In this document: one piece after another, positions 21,701 through 27,612 of the stretch
Numbering within the stretch: the first letter of the stretch is position 1
How the letters are laid out: each line of letters starts with the position of its first letter
From: a bacterium
GTDB taxonomy: Bacteria; UBA8248
DNA length: 27,612 nucleotides
Reading direction: 5' to 3'
Assembly (NCBI GenBank): GCA_965200245.1
Contig: CBDATS010000009.1
Span: 1 to 27,612 of the forward strand
Notes under the pieces: generated by a model
Database searches by the model: none
The model's input: the letters and a program-made list of their open reading frames with translations, nothing else
Told to the model about the DNA's origin: nothing
Translations under genes and position numbers: made by a program

Positions 21701-24700
21701 GATGAACCGTTTTCATCTCGACATTTTCCGCGTGGTCGCGGGCGTTCCCCACACACGCGGGGATGAACCGACATTTATCGTCTAGTATGTGAGTGCAACG
21801 AAGCGTTCCCCACACACGCGGGGATGAACCGCTGCGGCATAACGATAATCCGGTGATGACAATGCGTTCCCCACACACGCGGGGATGAACCGGTTTTTGA
21901 GCCACAGGCATGTTGCTTTGGTCTGCGTTCCCCACACACGCGGGGATGAACCGGAACATAAGGTTGCGCCGCGCCAGACCATCGGGCGTTCCCCACACAC
22001 GCGGGGATGAACCGGCTTTTGTGAGGTATGCGGCGATTAGCGATGCGCGTTCCCCACACACGCGGGGATGAACCGCCGCTGCTCCGCATCCTCGCCCGTC
22101 TGGTGCAGCGTTCCCCACACACGCGGGGATGAACCGCTTCGGGCGGTGCCGCGCGAGAGCTTTTTAATGCGTTCCCCACACACGCGGGGATGAACCGCCC
22201 AATTCTCCGACTCCGAATCCAGCAAAAGCGCGTTCCCCACACACGCGGGGATGAACCGAATAGGAGACAACGCTATGATCTACTATGCGGGCGTTCCCCA
22301 CACACGCGGGGATGAACCGTCCTCGACAGCGACGGCGGCGTCCTCGGCTATGCGTTCCCCACACACGCGGGGATGAACCGTCTGGTCGCTCACAGTTTCG
22401 ATGATTTCTTTTGCGTTCCCCACACACGCGGGGATGAACCGACAACGTCGCCCATTGCATAGGCAGTGCGGATGCGTTCCCCACACACGCGGGGATGAAC
22501 CGATTGTGGATGACCGCCGCCGGTCTATTGTCGTGCGTTCCCCACACACGCGGGGATGAACCGCAGCGCAGCAGCAACACAGGAAAACACCCACAGCGTT
22601 CCCCACACACGCGGGGATGAACCGAATTTCCGCGCACCGACCTTAACGGAATGGGAGCGTTCCCCACACACGCGGGGATGAACCGAACGAGCCGCTAAAC
22701 GCGACACCGAACACGCTGCGTTCCCCACACACGCGGGGATGAACCGAAGTCCAAGCTCTTACGTCCGGCGCGGCAAGCGCGTTCCCCACACACGCGGGGA
22801 TGAACCGTGATGAGTTTCCGAGCCCTGAACGGCTGGATGGCGTTCCCCACACACGCGGGGATGAACCGGATTCTGGCCGGGGTTAAAACGCTATGCGGAA
22901 GCGTTCCCCACACACGCGGGGATGAACCGTCAGGAACGTGGTCGCCGGAACCTGGTCGCTCGCGTTCCCCACACACGCGGGGATGAACCGGTCACCGAGC
23001 TTATAATGGTGAGTAAGTAAGGGCGTTCCCCACACACGCGGGGATGAACCGAGCATCGCTGACTTATGCCTGATCAAAAAAACGCGTTCCCCACACACGC
23101 GGGGATGAACCGACGGAGTCGGGTACCCTGCGGGTTATGTGAGAGCGTTCCCCACACACGCGGGGATGAACCGGCGACTGCCAAAACGTCATTCAAGGCG
23201 ACTGCGCGTTCCCCACACACGCGGGGATGAACCGTTTGGCCAGGCCGTCAATTTACAGTTGACAACGCGTTCCCCACACCACGCGGGGATGAACCGAAAA
23301 CATCCGCTTATGCCGCAATCTGATTTTTGCGTTCCCCACACACGCGGGGATGAACCGCCCACTGGGCGAGCCTGACTCCGGAAGAGAGAGCGTTCCCCAC
23401 ACACGCGGGGATGAACCGCGTTGTCGTTGTCGTCGTAGAAACGGAGTATTGCGTTCCCCACACACGCGGGGATGAACCGCCGTTTTTAACGCCCGCTATG
23501 AATACCGAATCGCGTTCCCCACACACGCGGGGATGAACCGAAACTTGTTATGCTTGCATATCGGGAGTTATCGCGTTCCCCACACACGCGGGGATGAACC
23601 GTCTTCGGGCTGCTGGAAACACGGCTTTGCCTAGCGTTCCCCACACACGCGGGGATGAACCGCTACGACTGGGCGGCCGATCAGCTGCAGGATCGCGTTC
23701 CCCACACACGCGGGGATGAACCGTCTTGTTATTTCCTTATCCATTTTGCTGATCAGCGTTCCCCACACACGCGGGGATGAACCGTCTTGTTATTTCCTTA
23801 TCCATTTTGCTGATCAGCGTTCCCCACACACGCGGGGATGAACCGGTAGTCTTGCCGTTTTTTCTGGCAACGCTCAAGCGTTCCCCACACACGCGGGGAT
23901 GAACCGCAAACCCTCGGGCGTTATCGCCGCGCAGCTGTGCGTTCCCCACACACGCGGGGATGAACCGCAGGTCAGCCACATTCCTGATTGTCGCATCGAG
24001 CGTTCCCCACACACGCGGGGATGAACCGAAATAGAGAACAATTTTGATAGGGCCGCGGATGCGTTCCCCACACACGCGGGGATGAACCGTTTATACCTCT
24101 CCGTTTTGAATTGCCCTAAGAGCGTTCCCCACACACGCGGGGATGAACCGCCAATAGCGACAAATACCCGTGGCAAGCGTATGCGTTCCCCACACACGCG
24201 GGGATGAACCGACTCCGCGTCTGCCAATTCGGTAAATTCATAAGCGTTCCCCACACACGCGGGGATGAACCGTCAACCGGCAGCAGGAGTTCGGCAACGC
24301 TTTCGCGTTCCCCACACACGCGGGGATGAACCGTTATGATGGATTCCCGGTCGGCCATGGTCGCTGCGTTCCCCACACACGCGGGGATGAACCGGGCTGG
24401 GGGTAGCCGAGAACGCTTCGTTCCGAGCGTTCCCCACACACGCGGGGATGAACCGGTATGCTACGCTATTCATACGCCGCCATAACGGCGTTCCCCACAC
24501 ACGCGGGGATGAACCGGGCTGGGGGTAGCCGAGAACGCTTCGTTCCGAGCGTTCCCCACACACGCGGGGATGAACCGGTATGCTACGCTATTCATACGCC
24601 GCCATAACGGCGTTCCCCACACACGCGGGGATGAACCGTGATACTATCAGGCATTGTGGTTTCCTCTGCTGCGTTCCCCACACACGCGGGGATGAACCGT

Positions 24701-27612
24701 CGCCTTGCCGTCTCGGTGTTTGCATAAGCGCGCGTTCCCCACACACGCGGGGATGAACCGACCATGCATGGCTTAAAGAATGGACCGGACTTGCGTTCCC
24801 CACACACGCGGGGATGAACCGCTGAGTAGCGGCGGTCCATTCGGCTTCGGTTGGCGTTCCCCACACACGCGGGGATGAACCGGCTGGCGATCCTTTCTGA
24901 CCTTGTCGACCAGAGCGTTCCCCACACACGCGGGGATGAACCGCGGTCGAATTTCAACCCGAGCTGCTTGGCCGCGCGTTCCCCACACACGCGGGGATGA
25001 ACCGGGCGAACGCAAATGGAACTTTTGCCAATATAGGCGTTCCCCACACACGCGGGGATGAACCGTCGGACGGGGATTGATCTAATGGCCACATTCAGCG
25101 TTCCCCACACACGCGGGGATGAACCGAAACGCAGCCAACAACGCGACGCCCGGCGGCAGCGTTCCCCACACACGCGGGGATGAACCGATGGCTATTATCG
25201 GGAGTTGACTGAATCCGAAGCGTTCCCCACACACGCGGGGATGAACCGCGCAATCGGCAATAATCAACGGCGCCTTGAATGCGTTCCCCACACACGCGGG
25301 GATGAACCGCTGGTTGAAATTCAACAATACTTCATAGACCAGCGTTCCCCACACACGCGGGGATGAACCGTTGTCATCATCATCGACCCCGACACCGGCA
25401 GGGCGTTCCCCACACACGCGGGGATGAACCGTTACTCGGCATTATTCGACCCCACTAATGAAGGCGTTCCCCACACACGCGGGGATGAACCGAAATCCGA
25501 ATTGAATAAACTGGCCGCATTCGGGCGTTCCCCACACACGCGGGGATGAACCGAGGAACAGCGGCAGGATCAAACGCATGTTCGCGCGTTCCCCACACAC
25601 GCGGGGATGAACCGTTCATAATTCATGGACTGTGGCTATGGGAAATGCGTTCCCCACACACGCGGGGATGAACCGGAAACGCGTGGGTTTGCGTTAATCC
25701 GAATACCGCGTTCCCCACACACGCGGGGATGAACCGCATGTAAAAAACGCTTTTACAGAGGCCAAACTGCGTTCCCCACACACGCGGGGATGAACCTGGC
25801 GTCATTTTATTTATTTCCTTATGCAGCGCGCGTTCCCCACACACGCGGGGATGAACCGCGGCTTTAATAACATTCGCTTCTGGAACTTGGGCGTTCCCCA
25901 CACACGCGGGGATGAACCGACAAAGCGATCATCCATAAAGCGGCAAAACAAGCGTTCCCCACACACGCGGGGATGAACCGTTTCAACACGCTGGTTTAAA
26001 TGCAGATTGCGGGCGTTCCCCACACACGCGGGGATGAACCGCCGTGCGCGCATTGCGGCACCAATGCTGATCCGCGTTCCCCACACACGCGGGGATGAAC
26101 CGCCTCCATCACGTCCGGAGCATCGAGCGTCCGCGCGTTCCCCACACACGCGGGGATGAACCGCCTCAACATCGCGCCTCCGGGGTGGCAGCGGGGCGTT
26201 CCCCACACACGCGGGGATGAACCGGCGAAACCGAAATCAGCTTATCGGTATCGGCAGCGTTCCCCACACACGCGGGGATGAACCGGAATGCCCGATGCAA
26301 AAAAAATCGAACTGGAGCGTTCCCCACACACGCGGGGATGAACCGGTCCTCGGACATCATGACCATGGTTTTGATCGGCGTTCCCCACACACGCGGGGAT
26401 GAACCGTGCGACAGCTGCTCTTTCGGCGAGATCGCCGGGCGTTCCCCACACACGCGGGGATGAACCGCGAGCTGGGCGAGATTACGAGGGCCGGACCGAG
26501 CGTTCCCCACACACGCGGGGATGAACCGAGCGATGGATGATTTTGTGCCGGCCGGCTGGAGCGTTCCCCACACACGCGGGGATGAACCGCCTTTGACCCA
26601 ACGGACGATGCGCACTGGCCGGCGTTCCCCACACACGCGGGGATGAACCGCGGCCTGACGAATTAATAAAGTCGAATGCCTAGCGTTCCCCACACACGCG
26701 GGGATGAACCGCGTCCTTTCTGTGTCTGCTACCCACGTTTGCAGCGTTCCCCACACACGCGGGGATGAACCGGTTATCCGCAATCAATACAACATAGTTT
26801 GCAGGCGTTCCCCACACACGCGGGGATGAACCGCACAAAATGCGGAACGCGGCCAAAGCCGGCATGCGTTCCCCACACACGCGGGGATGAACCGGCATCC
26901 CGACCGACTGGCCGACGGACATCGCTGCGTTCCCCACACACGCGGGGATGAACCGCAACTATCACCGAATGGCTGCAATCCTAGTGAGCGTTCCCCACAC
27001 ACGCGGGGATGAACCGCCTTTCCACCACACGCCATTCCAAGCCTGCCAGCGTTCCCCACACACGCGGGGATGAACCGAGACCACATCAACGCACTCATTC
27101 GAGGTAACCGCGTTCCCCACACACGCGGGGATGAACCGCGATTCCGCTAAGGGCAAAAAAACGGTTAACGGCGTTCCCCACACACGCGGGGATGAACCGA
27201 TATCTTTGATGTCATTGATAGCTATTGCCGTGCGTTCCCCACACACGCGGGGATGAACCGGCCGCTATGGATGCGATTAACGAGCGACTTGAGCGTTCCC
27301 CACACACGCGGGGATGAACCGCAGCGCGTAAATCCGTCTGCCGTCGGTAGCCAGCGTTCCCCACACACGCGGGGATGAACCGCTGCCTACGATTCATTGT
27401 TTTCTTGCTATAGCGCGTTCCCCACACACGCGGGGATGAACCGAGCCTTGAAACACTGGGCATCGCTTAATCCCGGCGTTCCCCACACACGCGGGGATGA
27501 ACCGTCCGCAGCGTCATGGCCGGGCAGTTTCCAAGAGCGTTCCCCACACACGCGGGGATGAACCGATTTGATTATCGAAGCCGAACTTTTTGATTATGCG
27601 TTCCCCACACAC
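18766..27612 (+). CRISPR. Type I-E CRISPR array, repeat GCGTTCCCCACACACGCGGGGATGAACCG, 145 complete repeats plus 1 partial, 145 spacers (mostly 32 nt), truncated by window end
   Basis: 61-bp periodicity. The manual spacer count reconciles with the length: 145x61 minus a net 13 nt of irregular units gives 8832 bp up to the partial repeat at 27598. The repeat resembles the E. coli I-E repeat with a 3' ATGAACCG handle, and the leader lies on the left. Confidence 0.99.

Noticed and set aside
23267-23296. 30-nt repeat with an extra C; 31-nt spacers 11 and 124
   Set aside because: Single-base indels in or near low-complexity runs are probably sequencing errors or trivial variants.
18755-27463. Dozens of ORFs with RFIPACVGNA / VHPRVCGER / GSSPRVWGT repeats
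   Set aside because: These are translations of the CRISPR repeat, not proteins.

Overview
Alphaproteobacterial-looking (Rhodobacterales-like; inference) chromosomal segment. The left part is housekeeping: a YeeE/YedE transporter (runs off the window start) and an exported rhodanese, a divergent 5'-nucleotidase-family gene, smc, and a convergent MltB-like lytic transglycosylase. A ~1.0-kb decayed IS follows, with intact 16-bp TIRs and a 4-bp GTTC target duplication. Next is a complete type I-E CRISPR-Cas locus (cas3, cas8e, cas11, cas7, cas5, cas6e, cas1, cas2), an AT-rich leader, and a very large array: 145 full 29-bp repeats and 145 spacers by manual count, continuing past the window end. 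I found no clearly new protein system. The most interesting signals are inside the array and in the non-coding DNA. Overlapping spacers reveal the AAG PAM and a seed-position-1 variant. One spacer pair recurs in reversed order, and one homologous gene is targeted at both ends of the array. The leader-end spacers are aberrant, and the repeat stem carries a fixed A-C mismatch. The 338-bp cas3-cas8e gap folds into long hairpins, preferentially on the antisense strand.
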